Assembly: GCA_017654855.1 (NCBI GenBank)
Contig: CM030332.1
Location: forward strand, 124,001-188,000
Length of the DNA stretch: 64,000 bases
Direction of reading: 5' to 3'
From: Podospora anserina
Lineage: Eukaryota
Shown: piece by piece, positions 22,598 through 34,079 of the stretch
How positions within the stretch are numbered: position 1 is the first letter of the stretch
How the letters are laid out: each line of letters starts with the position of its first letter
Notes under the pieces: generated by a model
Seen by the model: the letters and a program-made list of their open reading frames with translations, nothing else
Database searches by the model: none
What the model was told of the DNA's origin: nothing
Program-made: the position numbers and the translations under genes

Positions 22598-23709
22598 CTT
22601 CACTTTCGGAGTTGCGCGAGACAACTGCACAGTGGAAGATCCCAAGTTGGAGACCACTGTTTCCCCAAGGTGAATTTGTTGCGGCGACCTTCCAGGGTGG
22701 TATTTTGTTGGTAGTCGTGATCAGCCTGGCACACCAGATCATCGCTGGAGTCAGCCAAAAGGCTGTCGTGTAGCATCTTTTAAGATGCTCGAGCCCAAGA
22801 CACTGGAATATTTGCCCCTGACTCCCACTTCACGAAAATCGGTGGGCATCAAAAGAATCTCATGTTGACATGCTTTTTCTTTTACGCTCATGACAACGAC
22901 AGAGAAACAAGTTAAGGGGATCAGGGATGAATACAGTCATGACGGTGGGATATCAGTGGTTTATTTCTCGTCCCAGAAGCAATATCGGAACCCGGCCAAG
23001 CGGATGGCTGTGATATTGAGGTGGTGCGATAACTCGCCCTTGCATCAAAGATCAACGCTGCATGGCGGTCACCCGATTCGGAGTTTCCTAGACCGTAGGT
23101 GAGACATGTACGGCTGAACTTTCCTCCCTTCAACACCCAGCACAGACCTGTGGTATCTACGCAGATTTGAAGTAACATCCATGGATCTTGCTTTTTAATC
23201 GCTCTTTTGGTGTTGGATAAATATGTCCAGCATGGAAAGGCTGCCTGCCAAGCCCGAGAAAGAAACAACAAACCCTCCTAAACGGCAGGTCTAGGTCCAT
23301 TCACGCTCCAGCTTCGCTTATCTGTTTCGGCATCCGGGGGCGCCATGATCGGCGTTGTCTGCTTGCCTCGAGGGACCTGCCAAAATCCTTTAGCGCCACA
23401 GAAGCCTCTGGCCACTGGGAAGATCTCGGTGTGAGCACGGCAGGCTCCAGATTTCCAGAGGGTGAACTGAACAAGACGGGAAATTCCATGCCCATCCCAA
23501 GGCGGCACCCGTGTCTTGGTGTCCAGGTTCCTCCCTTCCAAGAATGTAGGTATCTGGGCTCTGTTGGGCAAAGACGGGCGATGTCTTGGTAGGACACCAC
23601 CATGATCACGGGTGGTTCTCTGTTAATATAATTAGGTCACATCCAGACCACTGTTGGGTGTCAGTTCGTGTGTTCTGGTTTGTTTCCTGAAGACGGTTCT
23701 GAGGTCACC

Positions 23710-25169
23710 ATGGCCTCCGGGAACTTGCCTGGTGAAAACAGGGCATACCAAATCGAGGCCCCTTGCATCGTCTTCTTCGTCCTAGCGCCAATCTTTGTCG
23801 GCGTTCGCCTTTGGGCGCGCATCAAGCTGAGAGGATGGTCTGGACTAGGCCTGGATGACTGGACTATTGTTGTTTCAACGGTACGCTAGACGCCACCCCT
23901 GATTTCAACTAGCAAGCTAACTGTTAGAGATATTTGCAACTGTCGTATCGGCATTGATGGTAGCATCATGTGCCCACGGCTTTGGTCAGCACATTGCCAA
24001 CCTTACCAAGCCCAACAGGCTGATGACACTAAAAGTATGGGTCTTTTCTGTTCTTGTATGACCTCGTTAACCAACTTAGCTAACCTCCTTCAGCTGTTCT
24101 ACGTCGCTCAAGCATTTTACAAGCTCACCATCAACCTCACCAAAGCCTCAATTCTCCTCCTCTACCTCCGTATCTTCCCCAAACAATGGTTTCGCAAAAC
24201 ATGCCTTGTTCTTCTAGCCGTCATTCTTCTCTACATGGTCGGAACAACTGCCTCTTCGATAGGGCAATGCAACCCGATTCCGAGAGCTTGGGATAAGTCC
24301 ATCGCCGGCACCTGCATCAGCATCACGGCAAATTGGTACGTCAACGCCGCGTTCTCGATCACGACCGACCTGGTCATCCTCGGGCTGCCCATGCATTCGA
24401 TCTACACCTCTCATCTGCCGACAAGCCAAAAGCTGGCATTGATGGGTGTTTTCGCGCTTGGTCTATTCACGACAATAACCTCGATTCTACGGATGACAAC
24501 GCTCAATTTTTCGTCAACCAGCCCAGACATCACCTGTACGTATCTCTAATTTGTATCTGACCGAAACCATGAGCTGACTATTGTCACAAAGTCGACATCG
24601 ACTCCTCCATCTGGACCATGATCGAGCAAAACCTCGCCATCATCTGCGCCTGTCTTCCCGTCTGCCGGCTTCCCCTGTCATACATACTCCCCTCGTACTT
24701 TTCCACCTCCACCTCGCCATCATCTTCGTCTTCGATGCCCGCCATCAAGATGAAGCCGAGGATACACATCGGTGGCTCGTCAAGCTCGACTCAGGAGTTC
24801 AACGGGCATATCTCGGATGCCGAGGGAGGTTATGAAAGGAGGAGATATGGACAATACGGGATTGACAAGGGGGTGATCGAGACGTCTGTTGGGGTCGTTA
24901 TGCCGCCTGCTACACCTGTTACTGCTGGCAGGCCGGATACGTCGGGGAGTAGGAGAACCAAGGCTGAGGAGTGGGTGCAGCAGCAGAGACGGGAACATGA
25001 AAACTTGGGTAGACCAAGCTTTCATGGCTCGGTTGTTTCTGCTGGGAGGAGTTGCCACAGTTCGGGCGAGGAGGGGGATAGACAGAGCGAAGGGGCGATT
25101 CGGATGGTGAGGAACTATGGTGTTTGGTCTGATGGGAGGGAGGTAGAGCCGCATGCACAGGTAAGATGA
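23710..25169 (+). CDS. Pth11-like (fungal rhodopsin-domain) membrane protein, 3 introns
   Basis: RLWAR..LGLDDW, HGFGQH, LTKASILLLYLRIF, QCNPI..AWDK, TDLVILGLPM, QKLAL, WTMIEQNLAIICACLP. Confidence 0.88.
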
Positions 25170-25591
25170 CCATCGAACTCAGGGTTTGAGGAGTCTGAGG
25201 GGTGGGGTTGACGCGGTATATGTTCCTAATGATATCTACATACCTATCCATATTCATAATGACAAGCCAATCGTCTCCATGATCCAGGCGAGAATGGCAT
25301 GGCTAAAAATTCAATTTTATCATGGGAAAGCCAGAGACAGGTACAAACCCGTGGCAAACGCTGTTCCTATCACCAACGGAAAGAAGCAAATTGTGGCCGT
25401 AAATGTTCATAGATTGACAACGCTATATATGCAAACAAAAGAAATATGCCAGCAGTATGCTCAGTCCACGATGCCAACCTTTTTATCCGTTCCCAATGCC
25501 CGCTACCCCGACCATGCGCCGAATCCTGTGCTGTTGGACCCTGTGAAAACCCCCCCCAAAAAGAAAGCAAGAAATCGCTACACCCGTCCGC

Positions 25592-27811
25592 CTATTCCGC
25601 TTGATCACTCGTCTGTGCGGCTTGCCAAAGCAAACTGCTCATGCTAAGCTCCAGCACACCCTTGTTCTTCCTGACCATCTTGGCATTGACAGTCCGCATG
25701 TAATCCCTCTCCCATTTCTCCACAAACGTCACGGTCTCAAAGGCCTTGATCTCTGCTGTCGGCTTCAACATGAAGCCCTTCCCTTCCTGACCCTCTGCCT
25801 CCCCGTACTTCTCTGGATTTGTCACGTCAACCAGGACGCTCCTCCTCCCGCCAGTGGCGATGACCTCGACACGCCCAGGGTCTACCCAGATGTCTTTGGC
25901 AGTCTTGACCATGTCTTGCCCATCCTCGGCTACCTCGCCGGGCTGTGGAATGGCCTGAGGTTGAACCTGATCCACCCAGGCCCTTTTCGTTCCGCCGTCC
26001 ACAATGACCCTGAGAACGAATCCGCACTTGAGATGCTTGTTCCAGAATGTCACCACCGCCAGCTGATAAAGCACCCTCGACTCCAGAGCGCCGACCCGCA
26101 ACGTCCCAAACTCCTTGTTGTATTGCGCATGGCCCTTGCTCTGGACATCGATAACTTCATACCCTGGCGCGACGAGGTCGGGATACTTGAGCACCAAAAT
26201 CTCCTCTATCGCCTTTGCCGCCTGTGGCCGATTTGCCGCTGTGTTGGGGATGTAAATATCACGCCGGTCAGCCTTTTCCAAGTCCGACACCGAGACCATG
26301 GTTGGCATTCTCGAGCGAGTCCGCACCATCACATTGGACGTCGCCGTCTGCGAGAGCAAGACCGCCAGTCGCCTTGAAGGGTCGTCCTCGGAGTGGCAGT
26401 TGAGCACGCCGAAATAGAGTTGCTGAGTCTGTGTTGCCGAGTTGCTTGCGCTGACGAGGTTGAATTTGACGTGCAGTCCCTTGTTGGTCATGGCGTAGTC
26501 GGAGACAGGTTCTGTTGAAGGTGGCGATACAACAACCTTTTCCATCCCCTTAAAGTCGGCAGGTGATCTCGCCAGCACCGGCATGGTGCCCGAGAGGGCC
26601 TCGAAATCCAATTCATCCAACTCGGGTGTCGTCCCCGTTCGTTTTGAAGACTTGTCCTCTTTTCCTAGGGCGCCCCAGGCAAATATTGACTGATCGTCCG
26701 TCCGGCGGATGATCTCTTCCTGTAGCCTCAGAAAGGCCTTGTCATATCCCTCGCCATAGATTATTGGCAGGTTGACCCCAAACAATCCAAGCAGACAATA
26801 CGCCACATCCTCCGCTCTGGTCGTTTCTCTGCCCGCAGCCCACGCCATTCGCTGCGCAATGCTAGAGTTGTGAACCAGCTTCGGCTCCAACAAGACCACC
26901 TCCTCAATTCCTGTAATCTTCTCCACCGTCTTGACCAAACTAGACTTGGTCCCGAGCAATCGCCAGCCGTGGGCGTAAAATACAAGCTTTTTTGGCGCAA
27001 CAAGCTCTTGAAGCGTCCAGCCCCGCGTGAACCATCTCGAGGCAGAAAAGTCATCCTTCCATGTTCGGTACCCAGAGGTGTAGCTGTCAAAGTGAACGTC
27101 GTCAAGATAGGCGTAGCAGACAGCCGCTTTTTGGTACCAGCCAAACATGGAGTTGATCGCCTCGGAAAGCTCGCTGCTGCTTCTCCTGTCGATGCAGACA
27201 GTGTCGAGCCAGATGTACGAGTGGCCGTCTTTGGAGGCCTGGGTGCATGCATAGCTGAGTTTGGCGTATCCCGCCTTTTGTTCGACTGGGTGGACCTGCG
27301 GTTGTGGTGGTTTCATTGGAGGAGAAGGAGGCGGCAATGCTAACGACGGTGACGATGATGGCGTCATGGTTGTGGAAGATGAGAAGGATCTGTGACTTTG
27401 GAGGTCGTCGTCGATTTCGGGCGATGGTGGTAGGGGCGAAAAGTAAGCAGACTGGCGCTGGAACCGGCTTGCATCACGATGCCCACGGAGAGCCGTGAGC
27501 ATGTTGGCCAGCATCATGAGCTTCATGACTTCGGTCTTTTCCAGCGGCAGCTCTGGTCGGGCGGCGGTGATGTAGCCATGGCTTGAGCCGAGTAGAGATG
27601 GTAACGAAGATGGTGGCGGTGTAGCTGGTCTGGGTTTTCGAAATGCGGAAAGGGACTCCAAATCCTGAAAGGTCACCTCCTCGGGACCCCAAGTGTGTGA
27701 AAATATGGCATAGGGAGGAATGCTGGGCTCAAAGAACTCCTCCACCTCGCGGGTGGTGACATTGAGCAGTCTCATTTTGGGTTTTGGGCGGTGTTCTTCC
27801 TGAGAGTTCAT
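25592..27811 (-). CDS. HET-domain protein (HET-E/pin-type N-terminal HET domain); likely start 27811 or 27775
   Basis: MRLLN..PPYAIFSHTWG.EEVTFQD, WLDTVCIDR.SS.ELSEAINSMF.WY, SRWFTRGWTLQEL, RETTR.ED.AYCLLGLFGVN.P.IYGEG, AF.RLQEEI, DQSIFAW. Confidence 0.92.
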   Translation of the reverse strand: MNSQEEHRPKPKMRLLNVTTREVEEFFEPSIPPYAIFSHTWGPEEVTFQDLESLSAFRKPRPATPPPSSLPSLLGSSHGYITAARPELPLEKTEVMKLMMLANMLTALRGHRDASRFQRQSAYFSPLPPSPEIDDDLQSHRSFSSSTTMTPSSSPSLALPPPSPPMKPPQPQVHPVEQKAGYAKLSYACTQASKDGHSYIWLDTVCIDRRSSSELSEAINSMFGWYQKAAVCYAYLDDVHFDSYTSGYRTWKDDFSASRWFTRGWTLQELVAPKKLVFYAHGWRLLGTKSSLVKTVEKITGIEEVVLLEPKLVHNSSIAQRMAWAAGRETTRAEDVAYCLLGLFGVNLPIIYGEGYDKAFLRLQEEIIRRTDDQSIFAWGALGKEDKSSKRTGTTPELDELDFEALSGTMPVLARSPADFKGMEKVVVSPPSTEPVSDYAMTNKGLHVKFNLVSASNSATQTQQLYFGVLNCHSEDDPSRRLAVLLSQTATSNVMVRTRSRMPTMVSVSDLEKADRRDIYIPNTAANRPQAAKAIEEILVLKYPDLVAPGYEVIDVQSKGHAQYNKEFGTLRVGALESRVLYQLAVVTFWNKHLKCGFVLRVIVDGGTKRAWVDQVQPQAIPQPGEVAEDGQDMVKTAKDIWVDPGRVEVIATGGRRSVLVDVTNPEKYGEAEGQEGKGFMLKPTAEIKAFETVTFVEKWERDYMRTVNAKMVRKNKGVLELSMSSLLWQAAQTSDQAE

Positions 27812-28463
27812 GTCAGACAAGAGCAGACGGAAAGTTGCAGGTCGACATTTGTTTCGACTTTTGTGAGTCTTATCATGATGGGCTCGAAGGGCCAAGAGAC
27901 ACTTGCAGTTAACCGGTGGGCCAATGAGACGTTGCAACGACGCTATGGGGAAAAGACCAATGGGAGCAACGCCCAAGTGTGCCATTGGGTCCGTCAGGCT
28001 CCAAATGTCCGATGTACTCGTGTGGAGACATCGTGGACCCTCGTGGAGCGACTCGACCTCCACGAAAATGACGCCGTTGTCCAATTCGGATCTGGTTTGG
28101 GCACCAGCTGCTTGCATCACGTCTGCAAGTTGGCACCACCGAATGCCGGAGGATCATTGTTCCAAGACGAAGCTGTCCCCTGATGATGCCTGATATTGGA
28201 CAATGGCCCAGGCCCATTTCCTGTTGGAACTGGGAGACGAGGCGACCTCATGGGCATTTTCCGACTTGATTGACAATGGACGTTTTGTGTTTCAACTTTG
28301 CTGCAGGTCATTGATGAGGGCCTCACGTGCTAGTCGTAGCGAACCAACGACTGCAGTAGCCCCTCCCTCCCCCACCCAACGACTGGTGAAGCATGCATCT
28401 TTTTCTTTCCCCGCACTTCAAGACCAGAACCAAGGCCATTCCCTGTCGGTATCAGCATACACA

Positions 28464-31100
28464 ATGAGTCGATGGCATCTAGAGACTTGCATGTCACCTG
28501 ATGTGGTGGTGACTGGTGGAACACACATCTACTGCATGATATGCAACCAAGCACCAGACATTGACAAGCTTGTTGCCGACCCTGGTCATCAGAATCCCAC
28601 AGCACCTTTGATTCCGCCAGATGAGCCGTACGGCGCATACAACCTTTCATGGCCGCCGGGCATACCCTATAGAAGGACTGGGCAGCATATCACAAGGGAA
28701 GAACCAGTGGACCAAAATGAAGCAGAGAACAGCAACTCCTCAGACGGCTTGTTCAGTAACATCCAACTTAGGGCCGCGTATGAGAAGGCATTGGGTCCGG
28801 ATGAGTTCCGACTCATTTGCCTTCCAAGCACAGACGATGTGAATACACCTATTCACTTGACGCTCGAGACGTATGGCGATGAGCGCTATCCGGAATACGA
28901 GACTGTGTCGTATACATGGGGCGGAGAAGATGAAGACGGAACCCTTTGCAAGCCAGTCTTTGTTGGGCCTTACTGGGAGGTGTTGCTGCAGACCAAAAAT
29001 TGCTGGGAAATGCTGAGATTCCTCCGACCTCGGCGAGGCTATCGCTTGGTCTGGGTTGACGCCATCTGTATCAATCAGCTGGACTCGCTGGAGAGAGCAA
29101 CACAGGTGGCGAAGATGAGATCGATTTACAAAAACAGTCGACGAACGGTTGTTTATTTGGGCCCTGAGATCACTCCTATCACCACACATGCCCACCCAGT
29201 CCGACTCTCAGCAAGAGAGGCAGTCACCTTGTCGCGAGGAGGGGAGACTGAGCTCATCGGTACGGGCGGCAAAGTAAACTTGGGGCAGTTGCTTCAGTGT
29301 CGGTACTTTAGTCGCATCTGGGTAATTCAAGAACTTCTCCTGTCACGCCAAGTATCGATTCCAGTTCGCGATATGGAGATAGATTTTGACTCACTGAGCA
29401 TCAATGCTATCACCGGGCAGGCTGGCGAGGGCAGACGCCCAAGACAGCTCTGGGACAGTACGCCTGCGCCGTGGTTCCAATACTTATCCCAGGGAGGCTA
29501 CTTACGTCATGGTCTCCTGGACTGGACACTGCTGACATCTTCGTCGACTGCTTCAGACATGCGTGACGAGCTGTTTAGCCTCCTGGGTCTAGTTCCTAAC
29601 AACAATTTAACGCCAGATTACGGAATTTCCCGGTTGCACGCGCAGATAGGAGTTGCCGCACACTCGCTGTTCCGACTTGGTTCCTTCGAAAACTTCTACA
29701 TAGCTCCCACTCAGCAGAGAGAACGACCCGACAATTATCCATCTTGGGTGCCCTACCGAGCTCGAACAGGGGGAGCAGCACGAGTGTCATGGACATCCCA
29801 GGAACCAAAACGTGTTCTCCAGGAATTCTACGAGGCCCTGAAGCGCCACTTTGATAAGTCTTATTCAGGCCGTCATGCAATCTATCAGCCGGAAGAAGAT
29901 AATGAATCAACCCTTTGGACGGCCGAAGCTACCATCGATGTAGACACAGCAGCCTTGACCCTTAAAGCGACGCATTTGGCGACATGTACAGATGTGCCTG
30001 TTGAGGTTCCTTTTACCAAGAAGAACCATTTCAGGTCACGTACTGAGAGGGAACCCGGATGGAAGGCCTTTGTGGTGCGGTCTAACGAGATGGAGATGTA
30101 TCTTCTCTCAAACCGGAGCAGTGCCCTTGATAAAGTAGTTGAACCATTCGACCACATCTACTGGCTGCACGGGGGTTATACAAAAGAAGAAACGCCAGGG
30201 TTCTTGATCCTGCGTCCCATAAAAGGCCAAGAGGGGAAACGGTTTCGGTTAGTCGGCTTTTGTAGCCAGGTGTTGTTTGTCGAGGTCTTCGTTGCCGGAC
30301 GTAAGACGGTCCCAAACAGGCAACCAAACAGGGCACGCAGTATCGCTATTCATTATCTTTCTTCCTCTAATCTTCAGAGAGGATTGAAGCGAGCTGTGGA
30401 TGATGCTGTCGCCAAGTTTGGATGTTTAGAGGAATTGTTTCCAGGCGTAGTCACACCACAGGGTCAGCTGTGGAGTTTCTTGGCCTTGATGAAGCTGGCC
30501 TCCTGGCCATCGCAGCCGTTCACTTTCTTTTCGGAATACCTGAGCCACCTTGACTCAAGATACGATGGCGTGGTTACCAAGGAAATGAGGAGACTCGAGG
30601 ACGACCAGCACGAAGTCGAGATCCTTACCATCACCGTGCCATCCGCCGACATATCCAAGTTTGTGTTATCATGGGGATACTTGCGCCCTCCTTTCGTCAA
30701 GTTTCAGCAGCTACAATCACGGGAGGACCAAGATGTACCATGGGACGAAAGCAGAGTTGTTGTAGTGGAAACTCTCCAAGAAGATGATGTGCTGCGGCTC
30801 CGGGCTGAAATGAGCGCCAAGGACCTGGCTGACCTGAGGCGAAGCGGGAAGCGTGACAGTTCGGGCCCCGGTGAGCAGCAAATCAGCAATGTAATTTCAC
30901 CGGAGGCTCAGACTGTCTGGAAATACTTTCAAGAGCTGGAAAAGGCGCGCTGGGCGACAGGAGGAATGGGCATCCAGGAGATGGTCAGACTTGTTCAATC
31001 TGGCCAAGACACAAGTTCAATGGCTTGTCCTGAATGGCCGGCTGATATCGTGGATGCGTTTCAGGTCCAGGGCAACACTTTACAAATCACGATTGTGTAG
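28464..31100 (+). CDS. HET-domain protein (HET-6-like subfamily), intronless
   Basis: YETVSYTWGG, VWVDAICINQ.D..ER..QVAKMRSIY, YFSRIWVIQEL, SDMRD.LFSLLGL, PDY and PSWVP. Confidence 0.92.
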   Translation: MSRWHLETCMSPDVVVTGGTHIYCMICNQAPDIDKLVADPGHQNPTAPLIPPDEPYGAYNLSWPPGIPYRRTGQHITREEPVDQNEAENSNSSDGLFSNIQLRAAYEKALGPDEFRLICLPSTDDVNTPIHLTLETYGDERYPEYETVSYTWGGEDEDGTLCKPVFVGPYWEVLLQTKNCWEMLRFLRPRRGYRLVWVDAICINQLDSLERATQVAKMRSIYKNSRRTVVYLGPEITPITTHAHPVRLSAREAVTLSRGGETELIGTGGKVNLGQLLQCRYFSRIWVIQELLLSRQVSIPVRDMEIDFDSLSINAITGQAGEGRRPRQLWDSTPAPWFQYLSQGGYLRHGLLDWTLLTSSSTASDMRDELFSLLGLVPNNNLTPDYGISRLHAQIGVAAHSLFRLGSFENFYIAPTQQRERPDNYPSWVPYRARTGGAARVSWTSQEPKRVLQEFYEALKRHFDKSYSGRHAIYQPEEDNESTLWTAEATIDVDTAALTLKATHLATCTDVPVEVPFTKKNHFRSRTEREPGWKAFVVRSNEMEMYLLSNRSSALDKVVEPFDHIYWLHGGYTKEETPGFLILRPIKGQEGKRFRLVGFCSQVLFVEVFVAGRKTVPNRQPNRARSIAIHYLSSSNLQRGLKRAVDDAVAKFGCLEELFPGVVTPQGQLWSFLALMKLASWPSQPFTFFSEYLSHLDSRYDGVVTKEMRRLEDDQHEVEILTITVPSADISKFVLSWGYLRPPFVKFQQLQSREDQDVPWDESRVVVVETLQEDDVLRLRAEMSAKDLADLRRSGKRDSSGPGEQQISNVISPEAQTVWKYFQELEKARWATGGMGIQEMVRLVQSGQDTSSMACPEWPADIVDAFQVQGNTLQITIV

Positions 31101-31517
31101 GGTAAAGTATGCCAACTGGACTGAATCAGGCCTCGAAAATAGCTAATAAGCCTTAAAAGATAGTTAATAGGCTTGGACGAATAGTCAAAAGGCCTGTTTT
31201 TATTCTAAAAAGACATAGCCGTGACTGTGTAAGCCACCAACAAGGCACAAGGCGTAGCACCTCATTGGTCGGGCTTATAAGAGGCTGCAAGCGCCCGCAC
31301 ATGGCAATCGGACCCACAACAGGCTAGCACGGACAATATCCCTGACCATCACATGTCAAGCGTGCAAGCTCCCTGAGGTTCATCCAGAGAAGCAAGCTCA
31401 GTGTCGTGGTAATTCTGTTGTCTTGGCAGAGGAAGAACCCAGAATACCTATTCTCATTCAAACTTGAGCAACCGTCCCTTCTTAAAATCATGACACTGCC
31501 CCTGTACAATCAAGTGA

Positions 31518-33095
31518 CTAAATGAGACCAGCTCTGGCAGCCTCCCCTCCACCCTCGGCCATCACGCTCTCTACCTTTTGCTTCCCCTTCATCATGCCAG
31601 CTCCCTCTCCTACACCCATGCGACGAGCGACATAGCGTTGTGCCACAACGCCTACCGACAAACTCAGCGCCTCTTCAAGCCACTCGGCAACCCATTCCCT
31701 CGGGTCAACCCCGCCGCTCTCGATAATGTCCCTGATATCATCCGGCACTCGTCCAAACTGCTCCTCAAACTCATCCTCGTCGCTCCCACCCGCTGAAGGC
31801 GCAACGTCTAGCCACTTGATCCATTTTGCCGGGACCCCTTGGCTAACAGCCGAATACCGAATGTCGTGGACGGGATCGAAAATGTAAATGGCAAACACGA
31901 CTTGGTCATCATTCTGTTCCTCCTCCTGGGCCATGCTGTCCTGCTTGGCCTTTTCTTCTCCCGCCGTGCCCGCAAACAGACCCTTGTCTCCCTTGACAGA
32001 AACAGCCTGGACACTGAGGAAGATATCCGACGAGCGCACAGGGTTGGATTCAGAGACGGGCTCCAAGGCTCTCTGGCGAGCTGCCTCAATCCCACCACGG
32101 GAGCTGAAGTAGTCGGTGGCGTATCCCTCCGCGTTGGCCCTGCACAGCTTGGAGCCTTCCACCAGTCCACCAACAATCCCCAAGTCTCTCCCAGGAGCAT
32201 CCGTGACTCTCCACCATGGACCGTCGCGCCAGCCGGCAGTAGAGTGTTGCGCATTGGATGCGGCACCAGATTCTTGCCCACGCTGAATGACAAGCAGGTC
32301 TCCTCCTTCTACCTGAGCCATAACCCGGTTGAAGACTGCGTAGATGAGGGGGTCAAGTGACGGATAGCCGACTAGGTCGTGAGTAATGTGGATCAGGAGA
32401 CGCTCGTGGGAGGAAATCGGCGGCGCAAGGGTGTGGAGGATTGTGGTGAGGGAGGGAAGGGCACGGTGACGGAGCTCATCGCCTGAACAGAAGCACACTG
32501 TTAGTCTAGATCATAATCCCATTCCGTAAATATGGCACCACATACCTAGGCCGCGCAGAGCACCGACATTTCCACGAACTTGATCGGCCCATTTGCGAGC
32601 CTCCTCATTCTGCTGAATCTCCTTGACAGCGGCTTCTGCTGTCTTCATCGCTGCCGTCGCGGTAGACAGCAAGCCACCCCACCAGCCACCACCGCCGCTC
32701 GATGCGGTGGCTGTCGCTTGAGGTTGCTCGAGCTTCTTCTCCACCTCGTCGGAGCTGGTGGCGCTGGGGGTGGCATGGTAGGAACCGGTACTCTCGGCTG
32801 ACTTGCGAGCAGTGTCGGCGCGAGGAGGAGGGGTGTTGGTAGATGTACGCTTCAGCGCCGGCGAAGCTTTCTGTACATTTTCGCGGATGCGAGGCGTGTG
32901 AGGTCGCGGTGCCTTCTCCTCGCCGAGTTGGGTTTCGAGCTCGGCCAGGGGGTCAAAGTCATCGGTCGCGGGTTCTGGCTTGCCCTTTGCAGGCAGCTTT
33001 GTCTTGGGGGCTTTAGTGGTGGCCGAATCAGCGCCGATATCCTTGAACAAGTCATCAATATCGTCGTCGGCAGCCTTTGCTTTGTGGGTGGTCAT
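31518..33095 (-). CDS. Mtc1-like (maintenance of telomere capping 1, DUF5427) protein, one intron
   Basis: GGWWGG motif, TLAPPISSHERL.IHITHD.VGYPSLDPLIY.VF.RVMAQVEGG, VDPREWV.EW.EE.L.L..GVVAQRYVARRM. Confidence 0.85.
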
Positions 33096-34079
33096 TTTGG
33101 CGGTGATGAGGTTGGTGTTCCGACTGTTTGCGACGCCGTGACGGACTGACGGTTTGAGCCGCGAGCTGCAAGTGGAGAAGTGCGAGCAGACCCGTCGTTA
33201 TAGGGGGCGGGCTGCCCAACCTGAAAGAAGGTTGGATGGGATTGAATGCGGGGGTGTTATCTCAATAATCGGTTGGAAGTATGTAGTGCTATGATTAGTC
33301 GTTCTAAGCAATCGTATCCGTATGGGCTGCAATACTCGACCAGAAAGATGACAGTCGGGTCTCACGATGGCAGATACGCAAACACAACGATGCACAAGCC
33401 AACCACCACAGCTTCTTCAGTGGAAATGCAAAGTGGTGTTGTTGCGTCACGGGCCAAAATGGCAGAGGTCAGGGGAGCCCAGGCATCAAATCAACGGCTA
33501 GCTCCACCGAGTGTTATGCAACAGCTGATTGGTTGAGCCGCAGTGCTGCAGTCCAAACAGGTTCTCAGCCGGCGGGTGATTGCCAGCTGTGGGAGTGGGG
33601 CTAGCCGGGCGGCGCGGAGTGCCAGGGGCCTGGGCTTATTCGGGAACCTCCAGAAAATTGACGTGAGAAGAAATCTACATGCAAGGAGGAGCGTAACAAG
33701 ACCAGCATCTGACGGCAGCTTGTGCCGATATCTCTCATCCGACATTTGTCCAGGGCTGTTCATGAGAAGAGAGTCACAAGCCTTGTTTCTGACGACATTC
33801 CTTGTCCTCTTGTTTTGTTCTGCTGCCTCTCACTTGGGGCAATTTGCGGGCGTGCAAGAGAGGGTTATTTACAAGCGACCAACCGGATCTGACCTTGACC
33901 CTGACACGTTGGATGCCCGCCTAGTGCCATCACTTTTTTCGCCTCACTCACACAACATTACTCTCACCACACCCTCTACACCGGCTTACACCGTCAGTCT
34001 CACCAGGGAAGCTCACCGTCTCAAGTCTACTTAACCAAGCTGTCCCGGTACGTGGATTGAATTACACGTTCCTCCTATA

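Noticed and set aside
27812..28463. Upstream extensions of both HET ORFs (to 28120 and from 28203)
   Set aside because: Family-like sequence and good start contexts begin at 27811/27775 and 28464; the extensions are probably promoter or UTR
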